The notes: generated by a model not told the origin, from the sequence alone. DNA of 64,000 nucleotides from Octopus sinensis (GCF_006345805.1 NC_043001.1:63116001-63180000), one strand, 5' to 3'. Numbered from the stretch's first letter, positions 1-14,926 are shown. Numbers and translations: made by a program.

Positions 1-478
1 CTTCATATTGATGTACAGGCACCATTTTTCCTAGCCAGAAATGATTTGGTAAAGAAATTGTTGCTTGTGTCCATGAGTTGAGCGGTGACAAGCAAGCAAA
101 CCAGCAGAGATTGTGGCTCATTGATTTTTGTTGTTGTCACTTAAAGCATGCAGAACCCATGCTCCATACTTCTGAACCTTTCTCATTGAGGAAAGATGCT
201 TCTCTATAGCAGTGTAGGAGCATTCCATTTTCTCTGCCAGTTCCCATGTCGTTTGACAAGAATTTTCATGCAAAAGTTGGTTTAATCACTCATCATTGAA
301 CTCAATGGGATGGCCAGAACAAGGTGCATCTTTGAGGTCAAAATTTCCATTTTTTAACTTGCTCCACCAATTACAAGTGGTTCTTTCAGCTATGGCACCC
401 TCTCCATACACAGCACAAATGTCATGAGCAGCTTTTGTAGCCTTAGAACCTTGATTAAAAGCAAAAAGAAGGAGGTGT
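1..478 (-). mobile_element. Degenerate mariner (Mos1-like) transposase, N-terminal fragment
   Basis: Manual minus-strand translation LLFAFNQGSKATKAAHDICAVYGEGAIAERTTCNWWSKLKNGNFDLKDAPCSG.. matches the mariner HTH region; in-frame stops follow. Confidence 0.75.
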
Positions 479-944
479 CAAAAATAATGATCTGAAAATA
501 AACAAAAATTAACTAAAATTAACTAGAAAAAAAGCAAAAATCAAAATAGATTCCAAAATAGAATTCCCAAAGAAAATAGATTCCAAAATTTAAAAACGCA
601 ATAAATTCCAAAATTTAAAAAAAACGGTAGGAACTTATAGGTGAAGCTGCCCAAGCGTAATCTTAGAACTTATTTTAAAACTGCAAGAAATTTTTTAATA
701 CTAGCCAGTCATCTGTGATTGGACAATTACTAGAGGCATCATCTCATTATTTGGGAAGAGTTCACAATGGGTATCAAAACTTTGTGGAAGCCCTGAATCA
801 AAGCTTATGTGATTAGAGAAATTCTGAAATATTAATGGATGATGTACTATCAGGAGACTTTTGCCAGAGTTTTACCTTTCATTCCAATGGGCACCAAAGC
901 AAACAAGTAACAGCTAACTTGAAGTCATCTGACAAGAATGGGCT

Positions 945-1300
945 GAAAAGTTCATAGGCTGACTATGAAAGAGTGACTCTTGAGCTGTGAAATCTTGGAT
1001 GCATGGGTTTATTCCCCAAGGACATTCATGCTCACATAGTTGCTACATTAGGGGATGAAACTCCAGCTTTATCAACAGTGCAAAAATGGATAGCTGAATT
1101 TAGGATGAGAATGGAGACTATTGAAGATGATCCAAGGTCTAGACATCCTGCTACCACCTAAGAAAACATTGATTGTGTTCACCACATAGTGGCGAGAGTT
1201 GAGAATATTCTGCACAATGAACTTGGCATGATGAAAGTTTCTACTCAGTAGGTGCCACATCTTCTGACACCTGATAAAAAGTTCACCAGGCTTCTAAATA
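945..1300 (+). mobile_element. Mariner 5' fragment, same family as 38880-39963
   Basis: Shares AAGTTCATAGGCTGACTATGAA and CCAGCTTTATCAACAGTGCAAAA with the 38880 copy. Confidence 0.65.
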
Positions 1301-1849
1301 CCTTTAGAAGATAGTAAAATGTGGTCAGTAAGCTACTGCAGAGAATCGAACCCTGTACCTCATAAATTCTGGCTTAGTGCTCTGTACCATTAAGCTAAGC
1401 AATCCCTCTCTTCAAAATTTATTAGAGTGTATTGTAGAAATCATTTGAAATCCAAAAGAAACAGAACTATACTTATAAGTATTTCAACAGACTGAAACCA
1501 CTTGGACTGTCACCTCGCACACTCAAATTGAAGAAAGGATCCCCAATTATTCTTTACAAGAATAGATGCTCCACATTGATGCAATGCTACACTGTTGACA
1601 AAGTCTTGGATAAACATCCCCAAATAGCTTTATATCTTTCATTTTTGCAAATATTTCTTCAGATACGATTCATCATCATTATCATCATCATTTATCATCT
1701 GTTTGGACAGTTTAAATGAAAACTGGTAAGCTGGGGAGCTGCACCAGGTCCCTATTTGACATGTTTTCTATGACTGGATGTTTTTCCTAATACCAACCAC
1801 TCCAAGAGAATAGTAGGTGCTTTTTACATGCCACTAGCACATCTCCCCC

Positions 1850-2497
<648 letters not shown>

Positions 2498-2504
2498 GTC
2501 GCTG

Positions 2505-2547
<43 letters not shown>

Positions 2548-2654
2548 TACACACACATATAGAAACACACATATACACATATATTTCTATGTGTATACAT
2601 GTGTGTATATATATGTATTTATATATATGTATGTATATGTGTGTATGTATATAA

Positions 2655-3790
2655 GGCTAACTGGGAAGATAGTTTTTGTATGTGGCAGATGCTCAGGAGC
2701 AATAAACACTGAAAATGTGCAGAGAACAACTTCTGCCACATTCAAAGGGAAAAAACTAGAGGTAGTTGATACCTTCTGTTACCTAGGTGACCAAGTCAGT
2801 AGCAGTGGTTAGTGCACTGAAAGTGTAGCTGCTAGAATAAGGATAGCCTGGGCAAAGTTCAGAGAGCTCTTACCTCTGCTGGTGACAAAGGCCTCTTGCT
2901 CAGAATAAAAGGTAGACTGTATGACGCATGTGTATGAACAACCATGCTACATGGCAGCGAAACATGGGCCGTGACTGCTGATGAGGACATGCGTAAGCTT
3001 GCAAGGAATGAAGCCAGTATGCATCGCTGGATGTGTAATTTCAGTGTGCATACTTGACAGAGTGTAAGTACCTTGAGAGAAAAGTTGAACCTAAGAAGCA
3101 TCAGATGTGGTGTGCAAGAGAGACGACTGCACTAGTATGGTCATGTGGCAAGAATGGATGAGGATAGCTGTGTGAAAAAGTGCCACACCCTAGTGGTTGA
3201 AGGAGCCTGTGGAAGAGGTAGACCCAGGAAGACCTGGGGTGAGGTGGTGAAGGACAACCCTCACCGAGGCAATGACTAGAGAACGAGAACTTTGGAAATA
3301 TGCTGTGCTTCAGAAGACCCAGCAAGTCAAGTATAGGCCACAGGTGTAACCAGCCACCTTTCCTTCACTGGACACTAAACTCTGCTTGCGAAGACCTGTT
3401 GAAGCAAGTGAAATCGAAATTGAAATCAAATTTGATGACTGGCATCTGTGCTAAGAGCACCATCCAAGCATGATTGTTGCCAGAGCAGCTGACTGGCATG
3501 TGGAAAGCACCATTTGAACGTGATTGTTACTAGCGTTACCTTACTGGCACTTGTGCCAGTGGCACATGGTAAGATTGCAGCGAGGTAAGATTGCCATGGT
3601 AAGATTGCCAGTGCCACTGGACTGGCTCCTGTGCAGGTGACACATAAAAACACCATTTGAGCATGTCTGTTGCCTTTACCACCTGACTGGTCCTCATGCC
3701 AGTGGCACGTAAAAGAACTCACTACCCTCTCGGAGTGGTTGGTGCTAGGAAGGGCATCCATCCAACCCATGCCAGTACAGGGGTTGGACA
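2655..3790 (+). mobile_element. 5'-truncated RTE LINE (post-RT region plus 3' UTR)
   Basis: [25 protein letters not shown], homologous to 56153-56911; followed by hairpin-module 3' UTR and a partial GGAAGGGCATCC..CCAACCCATGC tail. Confidence 0.85.
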
Positions 3791-3835
3791 TAATAATGGA
3801 AACACCTTAAAATTTCAAGCAAATTTATTTTAATA

Positions 3836-5512
3836 CTAGCAGAGTTACCCGGTGTTGCCCGAGTTGCATACAATTGAAGAATTAGACTTTTCTGTTATAT
3901 TTTCTGTAATGAACTGGAATACCTGTTTCAAATTTCATCAAAATTGCAGATGAGGGTTATTTCCCTCTTTACACACCTAAACAAAATTGTAATCATGCCA
4001 CATATATCCCATACTACTGATTTTTATGTGCATATTCCAAAATTCCAAGTCTTATAGAACCTGTTAAAAGGATCTTGCTCCTGAAAAATGGAGGTCATGG
4101 AGATCTAAAATGTGAGAGTTAACGCCCCAATTGGGGGTGGGCATCTTAATGTCAACCAGAGAAGTTGAATTGTTGAGAATCAAAAAGATTCTCAACAATT
4201 CAACTTGGGTCTTATATCTATTGTTTGAATTTCTTTAAAATAGGAAATATATGTTCACTGGGTTTGTAAAAGAGAGCAAAGCTACAGGAAACCAAAAGAC
4301 GAATGATCACAATAAGCAGTCAGCTAGAGTACCCTAGTCGTTTGCACTCCCAATATAGGATTCCTCACCATGCAGGTGACAGGCACAGCCGTAAGATGCA
4401 TTATAAATCTATAGCAATTGGAAGAGCGTGACCCAACGGAAATAAACATTAACAACTGTGTGACGTGAGAGCTAAGGAGAAATGAAAGTTGGAGTTTGCA
4501 AATGACCACTATACTTATACGTAACTGGACAGAATAAATATACAATCTATAAATGTCTTTGAATAACCAGTCACTCATCTGGTAAGGCCTTGAAATCAAT
4601 GTTACCATGTGTGACCCAGTGATAATAAAAAGACTGAAAGGAGATCTGCAATCAAATAACTTTACTCAACACTTTGCAACTGAATCAGTGGCGGCAAAGA
4701 TGCCTCTCATTTATTTGACAATTTATGCAGCACATTGCAGAAATCACAATCTAAGTGTATGTCAAAGCAAACTGTTACACTGTTGTACCATTGAATTACA
4801 AATAATGCTCATCTATACTCGGATGACCCCACAGCTTCCAAGAGTACAACTATTCGTCTTTGCTTAGATAAAATGACAAAATTGTGGATGTTAAGTCCCC
4901 ATGAAGGAGTCTTTCTAACTTGTAAGATGAAATTTTATAAATATTACTTTATTTGTATCTAATATCTATGGTTAAAATTTCATCAACAGCAAAAGTATAT
5001 TAATTGTCATGGAGGTTGTGGCCTTTATGCATAGAATATAATTTCCAAATTTCATAAAGATCCATTCAGTACTTTTGACTTAGTTTTGGATCATAAAAGA
5101 AATGACTAAAATTTGGGAGTTAAGGCCCCTATTAGGGTGTCTTAGAATCCTCTTGTGAATGGAAACTTTGAGAATACTTCTTGATGTGTGTCAACCCATG
5201 GTTGAAATTTCATCCACATCAAAAGTTTATGAATTTTCATGGGGGGTTCTGCCCCCTTTAAGCTATCTGAAATTCAAACCAAACATATTGCATTATACCC
5301 GCCCTTATGCAGTGAATCTAAGTTTCAAATATCATAATTTGAATACCATTCAGTAATTTTGGCCCATGAAATTGTATGAAACACACAGCATTACTCTTCT
5401 CTCTGGACTTCGATTTTGTGTTCCAAATTTCATTATGATCAGTGCAGCAGTTTTCAAATGTATAAGTAATACACAAACACATAAAGACATTGTCTTTGAT
5501 ATAATAAATATG
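3836..5512 (-). mobile_element. Non-autonomous Helitron-like element
   Basis: Minus-strand 3' end CGGGCAACACCGGGTAACTCTG-CTAG|T at 3836; internal AAATTTCAT subrepeats; 5' end approximate. Confidence 0.6.
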
Positions 5513-5945
5513 AATCAAATTCGGTGACTGGCATCCGTTACTAGTGGAGCGCTAAGAGTACCATACAAGTGAGATCGTTGCCAGAGCAACAAGCTGGCCT
5601 TCGTGCCAATGGCGTCACCTTGCTAGCACTTGTGCTGGTGTCATGTGAAATATTCAAGCGAGGTCGTCGCCAGTGCCGCTGGACCGGCTCCTGTACAGGT
5701 GGCACGTAAAAAGCACCATTTGGGCGTGGCCGTTGCCAGTACCACCAAACTGGCCCTTGTGCCAGTGGCACGTAAAAGCACCCACTACACTCTCGGAGTG
5801 GTAGGCATTAGGAAGGGCATCCAGCTGTAGAAACTCTGCCAGATTAGATTGGATTCTGGTTCGCCAGACCTCAGTCAAATCGTCCAACCCATGCTAGCAT
5901 GGAAAGCGGACGTTAAATGATGGTGATGATGATGATGTATATATG
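5513..5945 (+). mobile_element. RTE 3' UTR/tail fragment with hairpin modules and (GAT)n end
   Basis: GCCAG-N-CTGGC modules, then GGAAGGGCATCCAGCTGTAGAAAC..GCATGGAAAGCGGACGTTAAATGATG tail shared with 56960-57130. Confidence 0.8.
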
Positions 5946-5949
5946 TATG

Positions 5950-5982
<33 letters not shown>

Positions 5983-6252
5983 ACGTATGTGTGTATTATA
6001 TATATATGTGTATATATACACACACACAAAGATAAATTGATAGATACAACTGAGTGGGCAAATAAAAATATGAGACACAGCGTTGTGCTTTTTTTATGTT
6101 GATAAGCCTGGTACTTATTCTATTAGTTTCTTGTGAAACCAGTAAGTTATGGGGATGTAAATAAACGAACAGAGTCACACACATACACTTAAATATATAC
6201 ATACATATATATATGATTGATTTCTTTAAGTTTTTGTCTACGAAATCCATAT

Positions 6253-6671
6253 CTCTTTACTCTCTTTTTACTCTTTTACTTGTTTCAGTCATTTGACTGC
6301 GGCCATGCTGGAGCACCACCTTTAGTCGAGCAAATCGACCCCGGGACTTTTTCTTTGTAAGCCCAGTACTTATTCTATCGGTCTCTTTTGCCGAACCGCT
6401 AAGTGACGGGGACGTAAACACACCATCATCGGTTGTCAAGCAATGCTAGGGGGACAAACACAGACACACAAACATATACACACACACTTATATATATATA
6501 CATATATACGACAGGCTTCTTTCAGTTTCCGTCTACCAAATCCACTCACAAGGCATTGGTCGGCCCGTGGCTATAGCAGAAGACACTTGCCCAAGATGCC
6601 ACGCAGTGGGACTGAACCTGGAACCATGTGGCTGGTTAGCAAGCTACTTACCACACAGCCACTCCTGCGCC
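6253..6671 (-). mobile_element. tRNA-derived SINE, full length
   Basis: Head GGCGCAGGAGTGGCTGTGTGG (A-box-like) and GGTTCAGTCC (B-box-like); 3' tail CAGCATGGCCGCAGTCAAATGACTGAAACAAGTAAAAGAGTAAAA. Confidence 0.85.
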
Positions 6672-6673
6672 TA

Positions 6674-6740
<67 letters not shown>

Positions 6741-6759
6741 CTATGTATATATATGTATA

Positions 6760-6805
<46 letters not shown>

Positions 6806-6884
6806 ATATATATATGTATGTATCTATGTATACACACACACAAAGATAATTGTGTGGGCAAACAAAATATGAGAGATGCTGCCT

Positions 6885-7179
6885 AGTAGTTTTCTTCTTT
6901 TGAATCCAGTAAGTTATGGGAATGTAAATAAACGAACACCAGTTGTGAAGCAGTGATGAGGGAGAAACACAAAGACACACACACACACACAGACTTACAT
7001 ATATACATACATATATATACGATTGGTTTCTTTCAGTTTCTGTCTACAAAATCCACTGACAAGGCTTTGGTTGGTCTGAGGCTACAGCAGAAGACACATG
7101 CCAAGTCACCACAATGGGACTGAACCCAGGACCATGAGTTTTGGAACGAAGTTTGTTACCACACAGCCACACCTGCACC
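6885..7179 (-). mobile_element. tRNA-derived SINE, related copy
   Basis: Same head (GGTGTGGCTGTGTGG..GGTTCAGTCCC) and body as 6253-6671. Confidence 0.75.
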
Positions 7180-7478
7180 TATCTATGTGTGTGTGTGTGT
7201 ATGGTGTATATATGTATATAGATATTTCAAAATTATGATGCTGTGTTTCCATTATTTTGCCCAACACTGCATATATATATATACATACATATACATATAT
7301 ATATATATACATACACACACATTATCGTCATTTAACGTCCACCTTCCATGCCGTTATGGGTTAAACAGTTAGACTGTGGTCAAGTGTTGTTCTTATATTG
7401 TTTGAAGTGTTATGTATCATCCGAAGAAAGTTTTTTTTTAGTTATGATGTAAGTAATGTACTAGTTTATCTATTAAAA

Positions 7479-8755
7479 GTGTAGTGATGCTACTGTGTAG
7501 GGTTCAGCGCGCATGCGCAGAATGGGACTACTTCCGGGTGGCCACCGGAAGTCTTCCCCATGCGCATGTGCAGGAAACGTTCCCTTACCCGCCAAACTCA
7601 AATCTTTCTCTCCGGTCAACCCAGCCGACGTTCCGAAAACTGCGATCACTACCCCCTTTGGGTGTTTTGAGTTTTTATATATGAGTTTCGGGTTGCGGAA
7701 TGCTACTAGCACCTTCCAGCGTTTCATTGATGAGGTTGTCCGCAGTCTTGATTTTGTGTTTGCCTATGTCGATGATATACTCATTGCGAGCGACACACGT
7801 GAAAATCATCTCCAGCAACTTTCTCAGCTTTTTCAGCGTCTTCGCGCTTATAGTATACGTATAAATCCCGACAAGTGTGTTTTCGGACGCTCTTCCCTAG
7901 ATTTTCTAGGCCATCATATTGATTCGACTGGAATCAGCCCTCTCTCGTCAAAAGTCGATGCCATTCAACGCATCGCACCCCCCACTTCCTTGCGCCAGCT
8001 CAGGCATTATCTAGGGATGATCAACTTCTACAGACGTTTTATTCCCGGTTGTGCAGACAAGCTACTACCTCTCACCAGGCTATTAAAGGACACTCCTAGA
8101 AAGGACAGTCAAGTCACCCTCTCTGCTGAGGCAGTGACAGCCTTTGAGTCCATTAAGAAGGAGCTGGCTTCTGTTTCTTTGCTTGCACATCCAGTTCCTG
8201 GTGCTTCTCTCTCTTTGACTGTAGACGCGTCGGACACTGCGATTGGCGCTGTGTTACAACACACGGTGGATGATCATATTCGACCTCTAGCTTTCTTTTC
8301 CCGTCAACTGCAACCAGCTGAACGACGATACAGCACCTTTGATCGTGAGCTCCTAGCGATCTATCTATCGGTTCGTCATTTCCAGCATCAACTTGAAGGG
8401 CGAGATTTTGTGATCTATACGGATCACAAGCCCCTTTTATTTTTGCCCTGTGTTCAAAAACGGACAAACTCTCACCCCGTGCTTTTCGGCACCTGGATTT
8501 TATCTCTCAATTCACTAGCAACCTGGAAAAGAGAACGTCCCTGCTGACGCTCTCTCTCGCCTTCCAGTTTGCGCCCTTTCGTCTCCTGCTGCTATCGACT
8601 TAGCTGCCATCTCGCAGGAGCAGCCACCTTTGGCGTCGTTAGACTTAACTTCTCCCAAGTTCTCCTGTTGCCAGTTTTCCTACCTTCCGCTTCCGTCAAG
8701 CGAAGGCACCATTCTTTGTGATACTTCTACTGGTTCTCCCAGGCCACTGGTGTCT
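7479..8755 (+). mobile_element. Ty3/Gypsy fragment: LTR-like start fused to RT-RNase H
   Basis: ORF 7513-8547: KTAITTPFG, YVDD, DASDTAIGAVL, YSTFDRELLAIY, TDHKPL; paralogous to pol at 20907-23065. Confidence 0.9.
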
Positions 8756-8759
8756 GATA

Positions 8760-10850
8760 GTAGCCTGCTCTATTAACCACTTCGCAATTTGTAAATAACG
8801 TATATAATTTGTTGTTTCATTATTTTAAAACATATACATCGTGGGGAACAACTTATACAGATATATACAAATATACCATGGTTTTGCCAGGATGACCTAC
8901 AACAAAATAATGGGGTAATTTTCAAACGTGGAAATATGTTGAAAATATGACGTCATCTTTTTATATAGAAGATTCCTCAGGTACACAGTTTAGGCAGAAT
9001 CAGGAATGATTTCAAAATCTAATGTAACGTTACCTACTTCCATTTCTATTGTTGCTTCTTTTTTAAAACTACACAGCAAAAATAACTTCCTAAGAAGAAA
9101 GGCAACACACAAGATTTTCATAAGCATTCGTGTCAATACTGCAAAAATTATATATTTTGAAGTTCTTCAAAATATATAAGTTCTTCAAAGAATATAAGAT
9201 CTTTGAGAAATATTGTCTTCAAGATTGTCTAAGTTCTTTGACAATCCTCAAAAATGTGCAAATTAATAATAGATTTAAAAATATATTATAGCAAATATAA
9301 AGCACATCCTAAAAAACTCAAGTAAGATTTACAGGTAAAACAACAAATTATTTACGTTATATACAAAAGGCGAATTCGAAATTTAATAAAAATACCTAAT
9401 GAGGGTGCGTTTTGATCAGAAGCCAAGAGGGCCTAGTACATCATCTGGGTTAATTATTATTATTATAATTTCTATAAACATTTTATAATTAAGAGTAATA
9501 TCATTAGAAAACAAACGACAAAAATAAGTGATTTCATAAGCATTCACGAATGCTTATGAAATCACAATACTGCAAAAAGATATTGTTTTTAATATTTAAC
9601 CCAGTTGCAGTACCGCGCTCTCTTGGCTTCTGATCTTAACTGATTGGAAATATATTTTTCCTCAGTCTGTTTATTATTGTCGATAGTAGCCTGCTCTATT
9701 ATAAATTGTTGTTTCTCCTGTAAATCTTACTTGAGTTTTTAGGATGTGCTTTATATTTGCTATAAAATTTTAAAAAATCTATTATCAATTTGCTCCTTTT
9801 TGAGGATTGTCGAAGCTCTTCGACAATCCTCAATAACAAAAAAAAACATAAAAAATTAATTGCTTGTCTTGTTTTTCCTTTTGTCTTTGCGTCCGTTCAA
9901 CTTTGATTCATTGTCATTTAACTTTCCTTTGACAGAATCATCTAAAACTTAAAAAACTACAAAATGTCTCTAACATCACGGTCTGCAGTTGCCTGCTCAC
10001 AAACTTTTTCAGCTTCAATTGAGGGACTTTCTAAGCAAATAGAAAGGATGGACGCGAGAGAAAGCACATAGGTGCATACAGTCAGGCACCTTTAAACTAG
10101 CTTCGGAGAATTTGAGCACGTCAACTTCCTCCACATCATTTTCTAGTTCTCATGCATTTTTCGTCAAGGACCAAGTGTCGAAGAAAAACTTCTTGGTGCA
10201 CACTGGTTCTTGTTGCAGCATTAGGCCTTTGCGTCTCACACCCGAGAGGGCAAAATGATCTAGTGTTACATTGCACGCTATTGATTCGTCTCCAATAGAC
10301 ACATTCGGTCAGATCTCTCTACGCCTTTATATTAATCTTCGTCCAGATTTTCAATGGGTTTTTATCATTGCTGACATTCAGCATCCTATTTTAGGTGCGG
10401 ATTTTCTAACCAATTTTGATTGATTTGTACATGTCAGACCTCGGAGGCTAGTCGATACTTCGACTACACTCTCCACGCCAACCAGAGAATCTATCGATTC
10501 AGCTCTTAGCGTGGCATTTTTTGTTTCTACATCTACCTACATTTTTTAAAAAAATCTAATGTAACGTCATCCTCTCCCATTTCTTTTTTTAAAACTAATA
10601 CATCACATCAATCCGCAATGGCAATCACAGCAATCATAAATCAAAAATAACTTCCTAACCTAAGAATAAAAGCAACACAAAAATAAAAGTGATTTCATAA
10701 GCATTCGTGATATTACGGCAAAAATTATGTCTTCAAGACACATTGTCTTCAAGATTGTCGAAGTTCTTCGACAATCCTCAAAAATGAGCAAATATAGCAA
10801 ATATAAAGCAAATCCTAAAAAACTCAAGTAAGACTGAATATGCGAACACT
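8760..10850. repeat. AT-rich element with internal inverted and direct duplications
   Basis: 9230-9340 is inverted at 9717-9830; GATCAGAAGCCAAGAG (~9416) is inverted at ~9620; 9001-9330 recurs directly at 10545-10835. Confidence 0.6.
9960..10545 (+). mobile_element. Highly decayed Gypsy gag-end/protease fragment
   Basis: TTTAAAC slippery-type heptamer at 10091, FLV(H)TGS protease remnant, ILGADFL motif. Confidence 0.6.
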
Positions 10851-10963
10851 ACAAACCTGATTTTCAAATTTCAGGCGATTTTTACCACTTTTCTCATGAA
10901 GGTTACTAAAAATAGCATATGTTTCACATTTGTTTAAACCGATGCAATGTTGGGTTGTAGATT

Positions 10964-11622
10964 TGTTTATTGTTCTGTGCGTGTATGCAGCTCCCTAATC
11001 AGTTGACAATGCTGTCCAGTCACACTAACTCAGTTACATAGATGTATGTATGTATGTATGTATGTATTATGTATGTATGTATGTATGTATGTATGTATGT
11101 ATGTATGCATCTATGTATTCATGTATGTATACAAGTAAATTTGCAATACACATTATGTAAACATCAGTATCTATATAAATATATATATATATCTCAACTT
11201 TGCTTGTACAAGCATATATATATATGTCTATATATAAAAATATATATATATATATACATATATTTATATATATAGATACCTATTTATGCTTGTACGTATG
11301 TATATATTTATTCATATATGTATTCATTTATGCATATATACATGTATGCATCCATGTTTGTAACTAGATATGTATGCATGTATTATTATTTACATATATA
11401 CTAATGCATACATATATGCATGCATCTTTGCATAGTGTGTATGTTTGTTTGAATGCTTTTATGTCTATATACACGCTTTTTCAGTTGTATAAATGAAATG
11501 CTTAATACATGTATAAATGTTTGTCTGGATGTACGTATGTAACTATGTACGTATGTAATTATAATTAGTATCTATGTAATTATAATTAGTACCTATGCAT
11601 GCATATATGTATATTCATAGTG

Positions 11623-11662
<40 letters not shown>

Positions 11663-12350
11663 TGTATGTTTTTATCATGAATGAAAATTTACATATTTGC
11701 ATAATTTTTTTTTTAAAATGCATTCAAAAATTTTGGAAATTGCAAAATCTGATCTTTTACACAGTCGCAAAGACATTTTTTTGAAAAACGTTTTATACTC
11801 AAACTTTTTTACCAAACAGTTTACTCAAATTTTACAAAATTTTTACATTTTACAAAATTTTGCGATTTGTATCAATATAATCTTATTATCAATAGGTTTG
11901 GTTATATTTGGTTATATAAAACGTTATTGCTATATTTGTGATATGCATACTTTTGAGTTTGAAAAATGTCTGTCAGGAAAAGGATTTGTTTGAAATTTGT
12001 AAAATGTACACTAATATACAAAATTTGGGTTTGCAATGTTATTCAAGTCACTTTGAAGCAAATTGTGTCAAAATTTTGTGATTTGTGTTTTCTAATTAAT
12101 TAGTTTACCAATTAGTCTGATGTTTTTAAGATTGCATACATATTTACATGCTTGCACACGGATACTTTTCTAAATCTATTAAGTTTGTACACATGTACAG
12201 GGATGCTCATATGTTGTACAACTGAAATATACTCATCTGCATGTATTATTATATACATATATACTAATGCATATATTAATTAAGCCAAAAAAGCAGATAA
12301 ATAAATCAGAATCTTTCTCAGGTAGGGGCTTGCACAAACATCCCTAAAAA
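10964..12350. repeat. AT-rich 'filler' repeat family, copy 1
   Basis: 10964-11531 is the reverse complement of 26038-26574; 11900-12200 resembles 18620-18960. Confidence 0.75.
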
Positions 12351-12383
12351 TTTCTGAAGTTTCTTTGCCTATCGCAAGCTATT

Positions 12384-14129
12384 TTAAGATAGGTCTTTGT
12401 GGCATGAGGAGAACTTTTGAAAACCAGGACCGCACGAACCGTGTACCATGTGTGCCTTCATAATGTCGTACAGCTGCCGGTCAACAGTTGGGTCCGGAAT
12501 TTCTGCTGCAATGAGATCATCATTGTTGGGTCTATTTTGTTGACCAACCAAAGCAAAATGTGCGCGTGTGGCAACCCCCTTTTCTGCCACAACAGTATAC
12601 ATGTTGCAGTTAACAGGCCCAAAAACCTGGCCTTTTTCTATTAAATGAATGAGCCAGTTTCTGCCTGAAAACCCTTGCAATAATATCATGGCGATGACAG
12701 TACTGCTGCCCTGGGAGAAGTTTTCGCGTTACCTCAACCCACTTTGGGTTACATGTAAAGGTAATGAATAAATCGGGTTGCCCATAATGCCGAACGTAAG
12801 TCATAGCGTCTTGTGTTCGCTCATGCATGTACTGTGGGTCCCCTGTATAGGTTGAGGGGAGAATGCACATTTTGCGGGCGTCAGTGTCATTCTTGATGCC
12901 ATCACGCAAATGGATGTAGGAGTCTGAGCACAGCTGCTTCTGATTCAATCTGATGAAGCACAGTCTCTCGGACTCCATCTTTGCAGCCATGTCAACTGCA
13001 AACTGGTGAAACAGTTCCTGTGATCTGTGCAGGGGGTTGAAATCATTATGCCTTGTCATGAAGCCATACATGAAACGGTTTTAGATGTCCCAGCAGAGGG
13101 CTCGTTTGGTTTGTGGTGAGGAATGCCGAAATGGTACCCGTCTTCTCCATACGGAAAAAAGAAGGGGATACTGCAGGGCGTATGACCGATGCGTCTCATG
13201 AATACGCTGAAGACCACTGTCGCGGCTTTGAAGAACTATGTCTCGCTGCTTGAAGAACTATGTTGCTGGTCTTAGTCGTGGGAATGTGTCGGAAATGATG
13301 AAGCAGCAGTAGCCGCAGCGTTTGTAGCCAGTCGAGTGGCCCTTTGTTGTGGGTCCTCTGAAGCCCTTTGTGCAGCAACAGCAGAAGCCTTTATGGCCCT
13401 GCGCTTCGACCTTGTTTCCGGACCGTCTGAAGCCGTGGAAGCAGCATCGTACGAAGCCATTTTTGCTAGACGTGCGTTGCGCTGTTGTAAATTTTCAGCA
13501 GCTCGTGATTGCGCTGAACGTAAGGCGCTCTGTGGCCGCTGCTGCTGCAGTATGGCGGCCGAGGCGACTTCTCTTTTTCGATGGCATTTTATGTGAAAAA
13601 GAAAGGGTGAAAGTTACTTAAAGATAGAAATTGTAATGTGAATGAAATGTGGAAAAACGTAAACCATGGAAGGAAAAGAAATAAATATTAGCAGCTGAAA
13701 GAAATTTTTATGCAAGTATAGCGACAGAGTGTGTAAAATGTATTGAAATTTGAGTTAAAATCAATAAAATAAAGTTAGATTTGCAAGAATGGAAGTAGTT
13801 TACGTACATGTTCGAAATGTGAAGTGTTTTAGTTGTTAAATTTGCGTAAAGTGTATAGAAACGTAAATTGAAAAAGAAAATGAATTTGAATTTTTAAGAA
13901 AGGAATTTGTTTACATACATGAGTCAAATGGCAAATGTTTGTGCAGTTGTCCGAAATGGAAGCAGGGTAAATGTGTGGAACTGATGTATTATAATGAATA
14001 GTCCTTCTTGAACTGAAAACCAGTGGTGTAGCATATAAGACCATAAGGGATCTTCTTCTAGCTAAAATGGATGGCCAGTCTGAATGGCTCATCCCTAGGC
14101 AGATAAAATCTGCCTTTTATAATAAGAGA
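12384..14129 (-). mobile_element. Helitron 5' half: TC terminus and Rep (HUH) domain, frameshifted
   Basis: A|TCTCTTATTATAAAAGGCAGATTTTATCTGCC 5' end; ATG at 13587; ILPSTYTG, PDLFITFTCNPKW, ARVFRQKL, AEIPDP, MVHGSCG motifs. Confidence 0.9.
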
Positions 14130-14562
14130 TTATTATAATTATTATAATAAATATTATTCAAAAAATCACAATAAATTACTAATAAATAGTAAATTGACTA
14201 CGCATGTTTCGTGACTACATCTTTAAACCGATACTATTAAAATTAATTTGATATAAAAATATAGCCACTCTTCATAAAATAAATGTATGTATCTTAAGCT
14301 GTATTAAGCTTCACCGTGAGTTTCGTGAAAATCGATTGCAAGTTGCGAAAATAAGAAATAAACTAGATGAAACATACCATTTACTGGAAAAATTCTAAAT
14401 TCTCAATTTATAACTATGTAAAATACCAAAAATAATCTAAATTTTGATACCTTAATCTATATTCATCAATTTATCTATTTTATAAACACCTTGGTTTAAT
14501 CATTCTAATTACATAATCTACTGCTTAAACGACGAAATATAACTACAAAAATTAGTAACATA

Positions 14563-14840
14563 AAGCAGTATCGCCCGACGTTGCTCGCGTTTGTTTTCGA
14601 CGTTATTCTCTTTGTGAACATTACACCGAAAGATAGCGACACACTAGACAAAACATCGTGAAAAATAGAGATTTTCTTTTTGATGTAAATAATTTTCCGA
14701 TTTGAATTTTTTCTCCGGATGAGAAAGCCTTCTATCATGCTATCAATTTTGGTTAACTTGCGCCACAGGGACTCGAAGGAGATAGTGTTGAAGGCTACCA
14801 AACCTGCCATACACAGACAACCAGCTTTATATTACAGAGA
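14563..14840 (-). mobile_element. Short non-autonomous Helitron
   Basis: 5' A|TCTCTGTAATATAAAG; 3' GAGCAACGTCGGGCGATACTGC, same as the end of 57201-57581. Confidence 0.6.
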
Positions 14841-14926
14841 TAGATTAGCTAAAGTATATCTATATTTAATTTTACAAACTATCACCTAACTTAAATTATA
14901 CTTAATTCCGTTGGATTTCAATTCCC

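Noticed and set aside
13196-13621. Overlapping Ala-rich ORFs as independent genes
   Set aside because: They are the frameshifted N-terminus of the Helitron ORF (ATG at 13587) and its antisense shadows.
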